A DNA stretch of 57,923 bases from positions 1-57,923 of the forward strand of contig JAKALR010000002.1 in the NCBI GenBank assembly GCA_021824045.1, given 5' to 3'. Source of the stretch: a bacterium. Its GTDB lineage: Bacteria > Patescibacteriota > Minisyncoccia > UBA6257 > GWB1-50-10. Made by a program: the position numbers and the translations under genes. Under the pieces are notes generated by a model. It worked only from the letters and a program-made list of their open reading frames with translations, was not told the origin of the DNA and searched no databases. Of the stretch, positions 7,715 to 16,448 are shown in pieces (position 1 is the first letter of the stretch; every line of letters begins with the position of its first letter).

Positions 7715-10159
7715 TTACAGGCATACAATGCCGACGAGCTTATCTCCTTTGTCCAAATTCATAATCTTGACTCCTTGGGTCGCTCTCCCGAGGATGCGCA
7801 CGTCTTTGAGGGGTATCTTGATGGCCTGTCCTTTCGAAGAGAAGGCGAGGAGTTCCATAATGTCGTCTCCCACGACGTGGGCGCCGATCACGACGCCGGT
7901 TTTTTCGGTGATATTCGCCGTCTTGATCCCGGAACCTCCCCTCCGTTGTATTTTATACTCCTTGAGGTTGGTTTGCTTGCCGAAGCCGTTCGCGGTCACG
8001 ACCAAAAGTTTCGACGTGGCAATCGATTTCGTGGGCACGATATCGGCGCCGCTCACGGTGTCGCTCTTCTTGAGACTGATGGCTTTCACGCCGCCGGCGG
8101 TTCTCCCCATGCTCCGGATGTCCTTTTCCTTGAATCGGATTGCTTGGCCCGAAGTCGTGGTGAGAATCACCTCGTCGTTTCCTTCGGAGAGTTTTACCCA
8201 GAGAAGTGCGTCGTCGCCTCCGAGCTTCACGGCAATGATGCCGGTCCGCCGGACGTTTCCGAAATCCCCGAGAAGCGTTTTCTTGATGATCCCCTTTCGG
8301 GTGATCATCACAAGGAAGCCTTCCGTCGTGTCTTTGGGGTAAGAAATAATCGCGCTCACCTTCTCGGTCGTCGGCACCTCAAGGAAGTTATAGATTGATT
8401 TCCCCTTCGAAGTGCGCGACGCTTCCGGTATCTCGTATGCCTTGGTCTGGAAAGCCCTCCCCTTGTTGGTGAAGAAGAGAATGTTGTCGTGCGTGGAGGC
8501 GTAAATAATCTGGGAAATCTTGTCTTCTTCCTTTAATTCAGCGCCAATGAGCCCCTTCCCGCCCCGCTTCTGGGCGCGGAACGTTTCTGGCGGCATCCGC
8601 TTGATGTAGCCGTCTTCGGAAATGGCAACAATGGAATCGCCTTCGGGAATGAGATCTTCCTCGTTGAACTCCTTGAGTCCTCCGGCAACCAGTTTTGTTT
8701 TCCGTCCGCTCACGAACGTTTTTTTCAGGTATTCCAAATCAGCTTCGATGATGGCGAGAATTCGCTTCGGATCCTTGAGGATGATCTTGAATTCCGCGAT
8801 CATTGTTTTCTTTTCCTTGAGTTCGTCTTCGAGTTTGATCCGCTCCAGGGCGGCCAGGGATTGCAGTTTCATTTCCAGTATCGCGTCGGCTTGGAGCGCC
8901 GAGAGTTTGAAATTTTTCATCAGGTTCACCTTGGCGGTTTCCCGGTCCTTGGATTTTTTGATTGTCGCGATGATCTTGTCGATGACATCGAGCGCGGTGA
9001 CCAATCCTTCCAGGATGTGCGCCCGCTCCTCCGCTTTCCTGAGATCGAACTCGGTCCTCCGCTTGATGATTAATTTTCGATGGTCGAGATAGTATGCCAG
9101 GACGTCTTTCAGGGAAAGCACCTGCGGCTGGATGCCTCCGACGAGGGCCAGCATGTTGTAGTAGAAATTCTTCTGCAGCTCGGTGTATTCGAAGAGCTGG
9201 TTCAGGATTTTTTGGGGGTTCGCGTCGGTCTTGAGTTCGATGACGATTCGAAGCCCTTCCCGGTCCGATTCATCCCGCACATCCCGGATGTTTTCTATTT
9301 TCTTTTCCTGCACCAGGTCGGCGATTTTCGTGATGAGATCCGATTTATTGACCTGATACGGGATCTCCGTGATGATAATTTGAAAACTCCCGCTCTTTCG
9401 CTCTTCAATCTCTGCCTTGGCGCGCATCGTGATGGATCCTTTGCCGGTTGAATACGCTTCTTCGAGTGATTTCTTGCCGTAGACAATTCCTCCCGTCGGG
9501 AAGTCGGGTCCCTGAATGAATTGCATGAGGTCTTTCACGGTCGCGTCCGGGTGCCGGGAGAGATGGATGACTGCGTCGGCAACTTCGCCGAGATTGTGGG
9601 GCGGGATTGAAGTCGCCATGCCGACGGCGATGCCGACGGTGCCGTTCAGGAGCAAATTGGGAAGTTTCGCGGGGAGGAATTGCGGCTCCTCGCGGGTCGA
9701 GTCATAGTTGGGTATCCAATTAACCGTTTCCTTCTCGATGTCCTCGAGCATTTCTTCGGCGATCCGCGAGAGCCGCGCTTCGGTGTATCGCATGGCGGCC
9801 GGGCTGTCGCCGTCGACGGATCCCCAGTTCCCCTGGCCGTCGATCAGCGGGTAGCGGAGGGAAAAATCCTGGGCCATGCGGGCCAGGGCGTCGTAGACCG
9901 CCATGTCGCCGTGCGGATGGTATTTGCCGAGTACTTCTCCCACGACATTCGCGGATTTTTTGAATTTGGCGCTGTGGGTGAGGCCGATGTCCCACATTGC
10001 CCAGAGGATTCTCCGTTGCACCGGCTTCAATCCGTCGCGGACATCCGGCAACGCGCGGGAAACGATGACGGACATCGCGTAATCGAGATAGCTTTCGGAA
10101 AGTTCCGCGGTTATTTCCTTATCTTCTATTTTTCCTTGTTCCCTTTTTTCGTCTTCCAT
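7715..10159 (-). CDS. gyrA: DNA gyrase subunit A
   Basis: 814 aa. N-terminus has [26 protein letters not shown] and KYHPHGD, with C-terminal beta-pinwheel repeats. Confidence 0.95.
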   Translation of the reverse strand: MEDEKREQGKIEDKEITAELSESYLDYAMSVIVSRALPDVRDGLKPVQRRILWAMWDIGLTHSAKFKKSANVVGEVLGKYHPHGDMAVYDALARMAQDFSLRYPLIDGQGNWGSVDGDSPAAMRYTEARLSRIAEEMLEDIEKETVNWIPNYDSTREEPQFLPAKLPNLLLNGTVGIAVGMATSIPPHNLGEVADAVIHLSRHPDATVKDLMQFIQGPDFPTGGIVYGKKSLEEAYSTGKGSITMRAKAEIEERKSGSFQIIITEIPYQVNKSDLITKIADLVQEKKIENIRDVRDESDREGLRIVIELKTDANPQKILNQLFEYTELQKNFYYNMLALVGGIQPQVLSLKDVLAYYLDHRKLIIKRRTEFDLRKAEERAHILEGLVTALDVIDKIIATIKKSKDRETAKVNLMKNFKLSALQADAILEMKLQSLAALERIKLEDELKEKKTMIAEFKIILKDPKRILAIIEADLEYLKKTFVSGRKTKLVAGGLKEFNEEDLIPEGDSIVAISEDGYIKRMPPETFRAQKRGGKGLIGAELKEEDKISQIIYASTHDNILFFTNKGRAFQTKAYEIPEASRTSKGKSIYNFLEVPTTEKVSAIISYPKDTTEGFLVMITRKGIIKKTLLGDFGNVRRTGIIAVKLGGDDALLWVKLSEGNDEVILTTTSGQAIRFKEKDIRSMGRTAGGVKAISLKKSDTVSGADIVPTKSIATSKLLVVTANGFGKQTNLKEYKIQRRGGSGIKTANITEKTGVVIGAHVVGDDIMELLAFSSKGQAIKIPLKDVRILGRATQGVKIMNLDKGDKLVGIVCL

Positions 10160-10253
10160 GCCGAGTATTTCCTCTTTCCCTTATTATCGGCGATTGCAGC
10201 CGAAGAATCAATATCAAAACAAGAAAAATACGCTGAGCGATGACTCGGAAAGA

Positions 10254-10313
10254 CGAAAAAGTGGGTAAGACTTGGCCAAGCGGCCCGGAGCGCACACTTT
10301 TTCGGCTTGCCGG
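10254..10313. repeat. 60 nt palindromic repeat, copy 1 (second copy at 18466-18526)
   Basis: CGAAAAAGTGGGTAAGAC..GGCCAAGCGGCC..GAGCGC.CACTTTTTCGGCTTGCCG. Outer stem is CGAAAAAGTG/CACTTTTTCG. Confidence 0.7.
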
Positions 10314-10321
10314 GCAGCGCC

Positions 10322-10804
10322 CTACGGCAGCGGCGTCGGGGGGACCGCTTCCAGGGTTCCGGTCGCCGGTTCGGTATCGGCGGCGGACGTCGTCGTTTCA
10401 TTCCCCTTTTGGATGCTGAAGGTGTTCGTTTTTTGCAGTTCTTTCCGGAGGCCGCTCCCCAAATTCGAGAAGAAATCGTCTATGTGGCCGAACGCGCTCC
10501 CGGCTCCGCCGGCAGCTCCGTTGTAGACCGCGGAAAATCCTCTTCCCAGCGTGGCAAAGAAAGAATTTCCGCTCGGTTGCGGCGTTTGCTGCGGAAGGTA
10601 GTTTATGGTCGTCGTTGTCGTGGTTGATGCTCCGCCGCCCGCGGTTTCGGCCGGCGGGATCGTGAGATTCAGATACGCGATCCACAGAGCGATGATGACA
10701 ATCATGGAAATCGACGAGGCGACGACGAGGTAGATCCGCTTCGTTTTTTCTTCTTTTCCCTGGAGTTCTTTTATGAAGTCTTTCGCCTTGCTTATTTTTG
10801 ACAT
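10322..10804 (-). CDS. Hypothetical membrane-anchored protein
   Basis: 160 aa with a single TM (IYLVVASSISMIVIIALWIAYL) and a low-complexity Thr/Gly/Ala-rich tail. Confidence 0.5.
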   Translation of the reverse strand: MSKISKAKDFIKELQGKEEKTKRIYLVVASSISMIVIIALWIAYLNLTIPPAETAGGGASTTTTTTINYLPQQTPQPSGNSFFATLGRGFSAVYNGAAGGAGSAFGHIDDFFSNLGSGLRKELQKTNTFSIQKGNETTTSAADTEPATGTLEAVPPTPLP

Positions 10805-10817
10805 GGAGAAACGGTGG

Positions 10818-11387
10818 TTATGCGATGAGCCACTTGACCGTCATTGCCTTGGGGGAAATATCTTTCTTCTTCAGGGTTAACTTTTCTTCCGGCTTGGCGT
10901 TTTCCTGTCCCAACTCCTTCAGGAGATCTTTGGGATTTTTAGCGAGGGACGGAATGACGATTCCCGGTTCGGTCTGCCGCACAATCTTCCCCACCGCGGA
11001 GGCGCCGAGATACGGTTCTCCCCCGCTCGGCACGATCAAGATGTCGCAGTCCTGGAGAATTTCCAGCGCTTTTGCATCGGGATCTTTTTTAATCGGGCCC
11101 AGAACGCCGATCACGATATCGTCGAAGTCGATCCGATAAACCGTTTTTTCGCCGTCGTCCTCGTGGGCGGCGGTCCTGCTTTCGATTCGTATCTCGGAAA
11201 TGTCATATTCGCCCTGGCTGTCGATGAAGAACGGGCCGTTCTCCTCGGGGTTTGTCGGAGAAGGCTTTACGGTGCTCAAGACCAGAAGCGATCCTTTGAA
11301 CGACCGCTGATTGTCGGGATCGATCAATATCGATTTTTCTCCGGATTGGAGTTTGAAGTAACTCCCGCCGTTGTACGTTATCACCAT
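10818..11387 (-). CDS. MBL-fold-like protein (UPF0173-like) with the His motif apparently degenerate
   Basis: N-terminus (ITYNGGSYFKLQSGEKSILIDP) resembles the metallo-beta-lactamase fold family. I could not find an HxHxDH motif. Confidence 0.4.
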   Translation of the reverse strand: MVITYNGGSYFKLQSGEKSILIDPDNQRSFKGSLLVLSTVKPSPTNPEENGPFFIDSQGEYDISEIRIESRTAAHEDDGEKTVYRIDFDDIVIGVLGPIKKDPDAKALEILQDCDILIVPSGGEPYLGASAVGKIVRQTEPGIVIPSLAKNPKDLLKELGQENAKPEEKLTLKKKDISPKAMTVKWLIA

Positions 11388-11518
11388 ATGGGTACATTTT
11401 AGCAGGAACTAGTAACAAGGAACAAGTAATGAGTAACTAATTACTGTTTACTTGTTATCGGTTATCTGGTATTATTTCTTCGCTTGGTGCCCTATCAACG
11501 GCATGCGGGCTCAAAAAA

Positions 11519-12616
11519 ATGGCGATCAACACGAAAGAAGAAGGAGGTCTCATTGAGCAGATTCTGAAAACGAATCACGCGTTTTTGCCGACGCTTCGGA
11601 TCGGCGATTTGGTCGAGGGGAAAGTTTTGGAGAAAAGTTCGGCAAAGCTTTTCATTGACCTCGGCAAGTACGGGACCGGCGCGGTATACCGCGGCGAACT
11701 CCAGAATGCGAAAGAGTACATCAAGAATCTCGCGGTGGGCGACGAAGTCCACGGCAAGGTCATCGATATCGACAACGACGAAGGTCTCGTTGAACTCTCG
11801 CTTTCCGAAGCTGACAAACAGAAGTCATGGACTGAGGCTCAGGAATTAAAAGAAAAGGACGAGGTATTGAAATTGAAGATAACCGGCTTCAATAAAGGCG
11901 GACTCATGACCGACATCAAGGGACTTCCCGCGTTCCTGCCGGTGTCGCAGCTCTCGCAGGAGCACTATCCCAAGGTGAGCGAAGAAGAGAAATCGAAAAT
12001 CGCCCAATCGCTCCAGCTTTTGGTCGGATCCGAGCTCGAGGTCAGAATCATCGATGTGAATCCCCGGACCTCCAAGCTCATCGTTTCCGAAAAGGCGGCT
12101 CAGGAAATGAGCGCGCGGGACTTGGCCAAAAACTACGCCGTCGGCCAGGTGGTTGAGGCCATTATTTCCGGCGTGGCGGATTTCGGCGCGTTCCTCCGAT
12201 TCACCGACAACCCGGCCGTGGAGGGCTTTGTGCATGTTTCTGAAATAGACTGGCGGATTATCGAAAATCCCAAAGAGGTCTTGAAAGTGGACGATGTAGT
12301 GAAGGCCAAGATCGTCGACATCAAGGACGGCAGAATCTCGCTTTCTCTGAAAGCGTTGAAAGAAGATCCGTGGACCGTCGTCGGCGAATACTTCAAAGAC
12401 GGCGAAGAAGTAACGGGCATGGTATACGTCCTGAACCAGTTCGGCGCCATCGTGAACCTGGATCACGATTTCCAGGGAGTTATCAGAATCACTGAATTCG
12501 GCGGTGTGGCGGAAATGAAAAAAGAACTCTCGCAAGGCGAAACATATTCCTTTATAATAGAAAATGTGAAGCCGGCGGAACGGAGAATTAATCTAAAACT
12601 AAAGAAAAGCGTTTAG
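11519..12616 (+). CDS. rpsA: 30S ribosomal protein S1-like (multiple S1 RNA-binding domains)
   Basis: 365 aa with repeated S1-domain signatures (GDLVEGKV, VHGKVIDID, VEAIISGVADFGAFLRF, VTGMVYVLNQFGAIVNL). Confidence 0.8.
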   Translation: MAINTKEEGGLIEQILKTNHAFLPTLRIGDLVEGKVLEKSSAKLFIDLGKYGTGAVYRGELQNAKEYIKNLAVGDEVHGKVIDIDNDEGLVELSLSEADKQKSWTEAQELKEKDEVLKLKITGFNKGGLMTDIKGLPAFLPVSQLSQEHYPKVSEEEKSKIAQSLQLLVGSELEVRIIDVNPRTSKLIVSEKAAQEMSARDLAKNYAVGQVVEAIISGVADFGAFLRFTDNPAVEGFVHVSEIDWRIIENPKEVLKVDDVVKAKIVDIKDGRISLSLKALKEDPWTVVGEYFKDGEEVTGMVYVLNQFGAIVNLDHDFQGVIRITEFGGVAEMKKELSQGETYSFIIENVKPAERRINLKLKKSV

Positions 12617-12672
12617 GGTTCGGGGGTTAGGGCATGGATCGAAAAAATCTATACCCCATACCCACACCCTAT
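12613..12672. repeat. G-rich arm / C-rich arm hairpin (TTAGGG-like motifs)
   Basis: TTAGGGTTCGGGGGTTAGGGCATGG ... ATACCCCATACCCACACCCTAT, located between the S1 stop and the ftsH start. Confidence 0.5.
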
Positions 12673-12690
12673 ATTCTATACTCTAAAACT

Positions 12691-14532
12691 ATGAACAAGT
12701 TTGTCAGGAGTTTCCTTATTGCCATCGCGATTCTGTTCACGGTCTCTTTTATATTCTCGTTTTTCACCGCTACCTCGGGACCGGCGCCGAAGAACGTGTC
12801 GATCGGTACGCTCGCGACCGACATCAGCGCCGGGAAAGTGAAAAGCATCACGGTGAACGGGAGTGATTTGAAGGTCGGCTTGTCGGACGGCAGTTCGGCC
12901 GTGTCCCAGAAAGAAACTGAGACCGGCGTCGTGGAAACGCTGAGGAGCTTGGGAGTTTCTTCCACGTCGCTTGCCGCGGTGAATATCACCGTCGAGAATC
13001 AGAGCGGGTTCAATTACTGGATGAGCATCATCGTCCCGCCGCTCCTCACGATCCTTGCCATGGCGGTACTCTTTTGGCTCATCTTCAGGCAGGCGAAAAA
13101 CGGAGCCAACCAAGCGTTCAGTTTCGGCAAGGTGAATATCCGCTTGTTTTCTTCTGACAAAGATAAAGTCACGTTCAAGGATGTCGCGGGACTCAAGGAG
13201 GCCAAGGAAGAATTGACGGAAGTCGTCGACTTCCTGAAGCACCCGCAAAAATTTTTGGAGATCGGCGCGCGGATTCCGCGGGGCGTCCTTTTGGTCGGCC
13301 CGCCGGGGACCGGCAAGACACTCCTCGCGCGCGCGGTTGCCGGCGAATCGAATGTTCCCTTCTTCCACATCTCCGCCTCCGAATTTGTTGAAATGTTCGT
13401 CGGGGTCGGCGCTTCCCGCGTGCGGGATCTTTTCCAGACGGCGAAAAAAGCAGCTCCCTCCATTATTTTCATCGATGAAATCGACGCCGTCGGCCGTGAG
13501 CGCGGCTCGGGTCTCGGCGGCGGACACGATGAGCGGGAGCAGACGCTGAACCAAATTCTTGTCGAAATGGACGGCTTCGACCGGGACACGAACGTCATCG
13601 TCGTGGCGGCCACGAACCGGCCCGATATCCTGGATTCGGCACTCCTCCGCCCCGGCAGATTCGATCGGCGCGTGGTTTTGGACGCCCCCGATATCAACGA
13701 CCGGGAAGAAATTTTAAAAATACATCTCAAGGGGAAAAAGTTGGACAAAAGCGTCGAGCCGCGGACCGTCGCGGTTCGGACGCCGGGATTCTCCGGTGCC
13801 GATTTGGCTAATCTCGTGAACGAAGCGGCGATTCTCGCCGCTCGGAAAAATCAAAAAGTCGTTCTGCAGCAGGATCTCCTTGATTCGATCGAAAAGGTGA
13901 TGCTCGGTCCCGAACGGAGAGGCCGGGCGATCTCCCAAAAGGAAAAAGAGGTGACGGCGTACCACGAGGCGGGTCACGCGCTCGTTGCCGCGATGCTCAA
14001 AGACGCTGATCCGGTCCACAAAGTTTCCATCATATCCCGGGGTATCGCCGGCGGCTACACCTTGAAACTCCCGCTCGAAGAACATCGCTTGAGAACTCGG
14101 TCGCAGTTTCTGGCAGATCTCGCGGTTTCGTTCGGCGGATATATCGCCGAGATGACCGTCTTCGGCGATGTGACAACCGGCTCTTCGTCGGATATCAGGA
14201 ACGCCACGGAAACGGCGAAGGAGATGGTGACGAACTACGGCATGAGCGAACTCGGCCCCCGGACATTCGGCAGAACGGAGGGGATGGTTTTTCTGGGGAG
14301 AGAAATTTCGGCCGAAAAGGATTACTCCGATGAGGTGGGGAATAAAATAGACGAAGCGGTGAACAACTTCGTCAAGAAGACGTTCGACGCCGCGAAAGGC
14401 ATCATTGTGAAAAATAAGAAAGCGTTGGATAAAATCGCCCAGGTTTTAATGGAAAAAGAGACCCTGGAGAAAGACGACTTCTACGCCATCGTGAAAAGTT
14501 TTGGCTTGAAACCGATAAGCATAAAGATATAG
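12691..14532 (+). CDS. ftsH: ATP-dependent zinc metalloprotease FtsH
   Basis: Walker [12 protein letters not shown] region, and HEAGHA zinc motif. Start is set at MNKFVRSF because the upstream extension runs through the repeat hairpin. Confidence 0.93.
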   Translation: MNKFVRSFLIAIAILFTVSFIFSFFTATSGPAPKNVSIGTLATDISAGKVKSITVNGSDLKVGLSDGSSAVSQKETETGVVETLRSLGVSSTSLAAVNITVENQSGFNYWMSIIVPPLLTILAMAVLFWLIFRQAKNGANQAFSFGKVNIRLFSSDKDKVTFKDVAGLKEAKEELTEVVDFLKHPQKFLEIGARIPRGVLLVGPPGTGKTLLARAVAGESNVPFFHISASEFVEMFVGVGASRVRDLFQTAKKAAPSIIFIDEIDAVGRERGSGLGGGHDEREQTLNQILVEMDGFDRDTNVIVVAATNRPDILDSALLRPGRFDRRVVLDAPDINDREEILKIHLKGKKLDKSVEPRTVAVRTPGFSGADLANLVNEAAILAARKNQKVVLQQDLLDSIEKVMLGPERRGRAISQKEKEVTAYHEAGHALVAAMLKDADPVHKVSIISRGIAGGYTLKLPLEEHRLRTRSQFLADLAVSFGGYIAEMTVFGDVTTGSSSDIRNATETAKEMVTNYGMSELGPRTFGRTEGMVFLGREISAEKDYSDEVGNKIDEAVNNFVKKTFDAAKGIIVKNKKALDKIAQVLMEKETLEKDDFYAIVKSFGLKPISIKI

Positions 14533-14547
14533 AATACCTGCGGAGAG

Positions 14548-14620
14548 CGGCACGTAGCATAGCGGCTAATGCAACGAGCTTATACCTCGTGGATCGTAGG
14601 TTCGAGTCCTACCGTGCCGA
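14548..14620 (+). tRNA. tRNA-Ile (anticodon TAT)
   Basis: Acceptor CGGCACG/CGTGCCG+A, anticodon stem ACGAG/CTCGT, loop CTTATAC, T arm GTAGG-TTCGAGT-CCTAC. Confidence 0.8.
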
Positions 14621-14633
14621 CTTGCCGGAATCA

Positions 14634-14705
14634 GGGCAGTTAGTTCAATGGTAGAACGTCTGTTTTACACACAGAAGGTTGTAGGTCCGATTCCTACACT
14701 GCCCA
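14634..14705 (+). tRNA. tRNA-Val (anticodon TAC)
   Basis: Acceptor GGGCAGT/ACTGCCC+A, anticodon stem TCTGT/ACAGA, loop TTTACAC, T arm GTAGG-TCCGATT-CCTAC. Confidence 0.85.
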
Positions 14706-14711
14706 CAAAAA

Positions 14712-14748
14712 CCTCCCGAGCGCCCCTGGTGCTCGGGAGGTTTTTGTT
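14712..14748 (+). terminator. Rho-independent terminator after the tRNA pair
   Basis: Stem CCTCCCGAGC/GCTCGGGAGG followed by TTTTTGTTT. Confidence 0.75.
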
Positions 14749-14807
14749 TATTGAGGAGGATTGCATGAGGGAAGTTTTTCATTGACAAAGGCAGTCCGCG
14801 GATTTAC

Positions 14808-14907
14808 CCCGTTAGATTTTGCGGCTTTTTGTTTTCGGGGCAAAGTTGAAAAGTGAGCTTTGTTGTGGTTCAATGAGAGCCATACCCCCGAAGGGAAATC
14901 TAACGGG
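14808..14907 (+). mobile_element. Family-1-related TIR element, divergent subtype D (about 100 bp)
   Basis: TIRs CCCGTTAGATTT / AAATCTAACGGG, flanked by TTTAC on both sides. It ends about 20 nt upstream of the ATG at 14928. Confidence 0.6.
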
Positions 14908-14927
14908 GTTTACCTTGAAAGATACGC

Positions 14928-15440
14928 ATGAATGAAAAAGACCTGAAATTCAATACCTCATACGGCCTCCAGGTGGATCTCGCTTCCGTCGCGGACGAGA
15001 TCGTCGCGTTCATGGAAGGAAAGCCGAAAGCGTCGTATCGGGTGACTATCGGCAGTGATTCGGAGCTTCTGGAAGACAAGATGGCCGATTTCGTGACCGC
15101 CGTTGTCGTTCACCGGATCGGAAACGGGGGAAGATATTTTTGGCGGCGCGTGAGGCTCGGGAAGTTCTATAATCTGCACGACCGGATTGTGCAGGAAGTG
15201 ATGTTTTCGATCGACGCGTCGAACGTCTTTTTGAACGTCTTGAAGACCAAGATACAATCGAAGGCAAAAGACGGGTTGAATTTCGATTGGAATTTCGAGA
15301 TCCACATCGATGTCGGCGAGAACGGTCCGACGAAGACACTGATTCAGGAGGTGGTCGGCATGGTCCGAGCGCACAATTTCGAACCGAAAACGAAGCCGGA
15401 GAGCTACGCCGCCTCGAACGTTGCGGACATTTATGCTTAG
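14928..15440 (+). CDS. YkuK/DUF458-like RNase H-fold protein
   Basis: 170 aa. The pattern ...VTIGSDSE...VTAVVVHRIGNGGRYFW... resembles the YkuK family. This is a from-memory assignment. Confidence 0.45.
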   Translation: MNEKDLKFNTSYGLQVDLASVADEIVAFMEGKPKASYRVTIGSDSELLEDKMADFVTAVVVHRIGNGGRYFWRRVRLGKFYNLHDRIVQEVMFSIDASNVFLNVLKTKIQSKAKDGLNFDWNFEIHIDVGENGPTKTLIQEVVGMVRAHNFEPKTKPESYAASNVADIYA

Positions 15441-15513
15441 GGATTAGGGTTTGGGGAATAGGGTTTAGGACAACCAATCGAACCCTATGCCCTAATCCCC
15501 CTACCCCATTCCC
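15437..15513. repeat. Telomere-like G-rich arm (G-quadruplex motif) plus complementary C-rich arm
   Basis: TTAGGGATTAGGGTTTGGGGAATAGGGTTTAGG ... AACCCTATGCCCTAATCCCCCTACCCCATTCCC. Four G-runs of 3 or more are separated by 3-4 nt. Confidence 0.6.
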
Positions 15514-15522
15514 TCGTAATCC

Positions 15523-16086
15523 ATGGATACCCTGGTCATCGACATTGAAACAAAAAATTCCTTCCAAGATGTCGGAGGAAGAGAAAACCTCAAGGATTTG
15601 GATATTTCCGTGATTGGGGTGTATTCCTATGCGGCAGATGAATACCGGGCTTTTGAAGAACACGAGTTCGCCGATCTCGGGAAAATGCTCCAGAAAACAC
15701 AGCTCATCGTGACGTTCGCCGGCAAACGCTTCGATCTCCCGGTCATGGAGAAATACTTCGCTTTCGACGTTCAGGCCATACCGCACTACGATATTTTGGA
15801 GGAAATCGAGGAAAAATACGGCCGCCGCATCGGTCTCGGGATCCTCGCCGAAGCCAACGTGGGAGCCGGAAAAACCGGCCACGGCATGGAGGCCATAGAG
15901 CTGTACGCGAAAGGAGAACTGGACAAGCTGAAAAATTATTGCCTGAATGATGTAAAATTAACCAGAGGATTGTATGAGCTGATCAAGAAGCAGGGGCATC
16001 TCTGGATCCCGCAGCGGGATTCCAGCGAAATGGTGAAAGTCGAAATCGCCCCCGCGGAAGAATCGAACCAACATCAACTGATTTAA
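15523..16086 (+). CDS. DnaQ-like / RNase H-superfamily 3'-5' exonuclease domain protein
   Basis: N-terminal VIDIET (ExoI-like DxE) and a later NDV.. motif. 187 aa. Confidence 0.55.
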   Translation: MDTLVIDIETKNSFQDVGGRENLKDLDISVIGVYSYAADEYRAFEEHEFADLGKMLQKTQLIVTFAGKRFDLPVMEKYFAFDVQAIPHYDILEEIEEKYGRRIGLGILAEANVGAGKTGHGMEAIELYAKGELDKLKNYCLNDVKLTRGLYELIKKQGHLWIPQRDSSEMVKVEIAPAEESNQHQLI

Positions 16087-16088
16087 AA

Positions 16089-16415
16089 ATGTTCAAATTA
16101 AAAAACAATCGGGTCGTGGTCGTGACGTTCGCGGTTATCATGGTTCTCTCGGTCATGGCTATTTATATTCCCCTCCTCTTCCCCTCCCCGAACCAGAATC
16201 TCGGGGCGCCGGCGGACACCGCGGGCGGATTCTCCATTTCGACCGGCACGGAGAGCGCCGCCGTCGCCGCAACGTCATCGACATCGACGCCGAACAAAAA
16301 AGTCACCGCGCCATCGACGTCGACTCAAAACCTCCCCTCCAGTTTGCAGGGCCTTTCGAGCGATGAGAACGCCCTGAATGATATTCAAAACAGTCTGCAG
16401 AACGGAAGTAAATAG
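16089..16415 (+). CDS. Hypothetical small membrane-anchored protein
   Basis: One TM (VVVVTFAVIMVLSVMAIYIPLLF) and a Ser/Thr/Ala-rich tail. Confidence 0.45.
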   Translation: MFKLKNNRVVVVTFAVIMVLSVMAIYIPLLFPSPNQNLGAPADTAGGFSISTGTESAAVAATSSTSTPNKKVTAPSTSTQNLPSSLQGLSSDENALNDIQNSLQNGSK

Positions 16416-16448
16416 ACACCGCGGATAGTAACGGATAAAAAGACAGCA

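Noticed and set aside
14928-16086. The adjacent YkuK-like and DnaQ-like RNase H-fold genes as a two-gene defence-type module.
   Set aside because: Only weak motif-level assignments support the calls. There are no accompanying sensor or effector hallmarks, and both families occur commonly as housekeeping genes. Evidence is insufficient.
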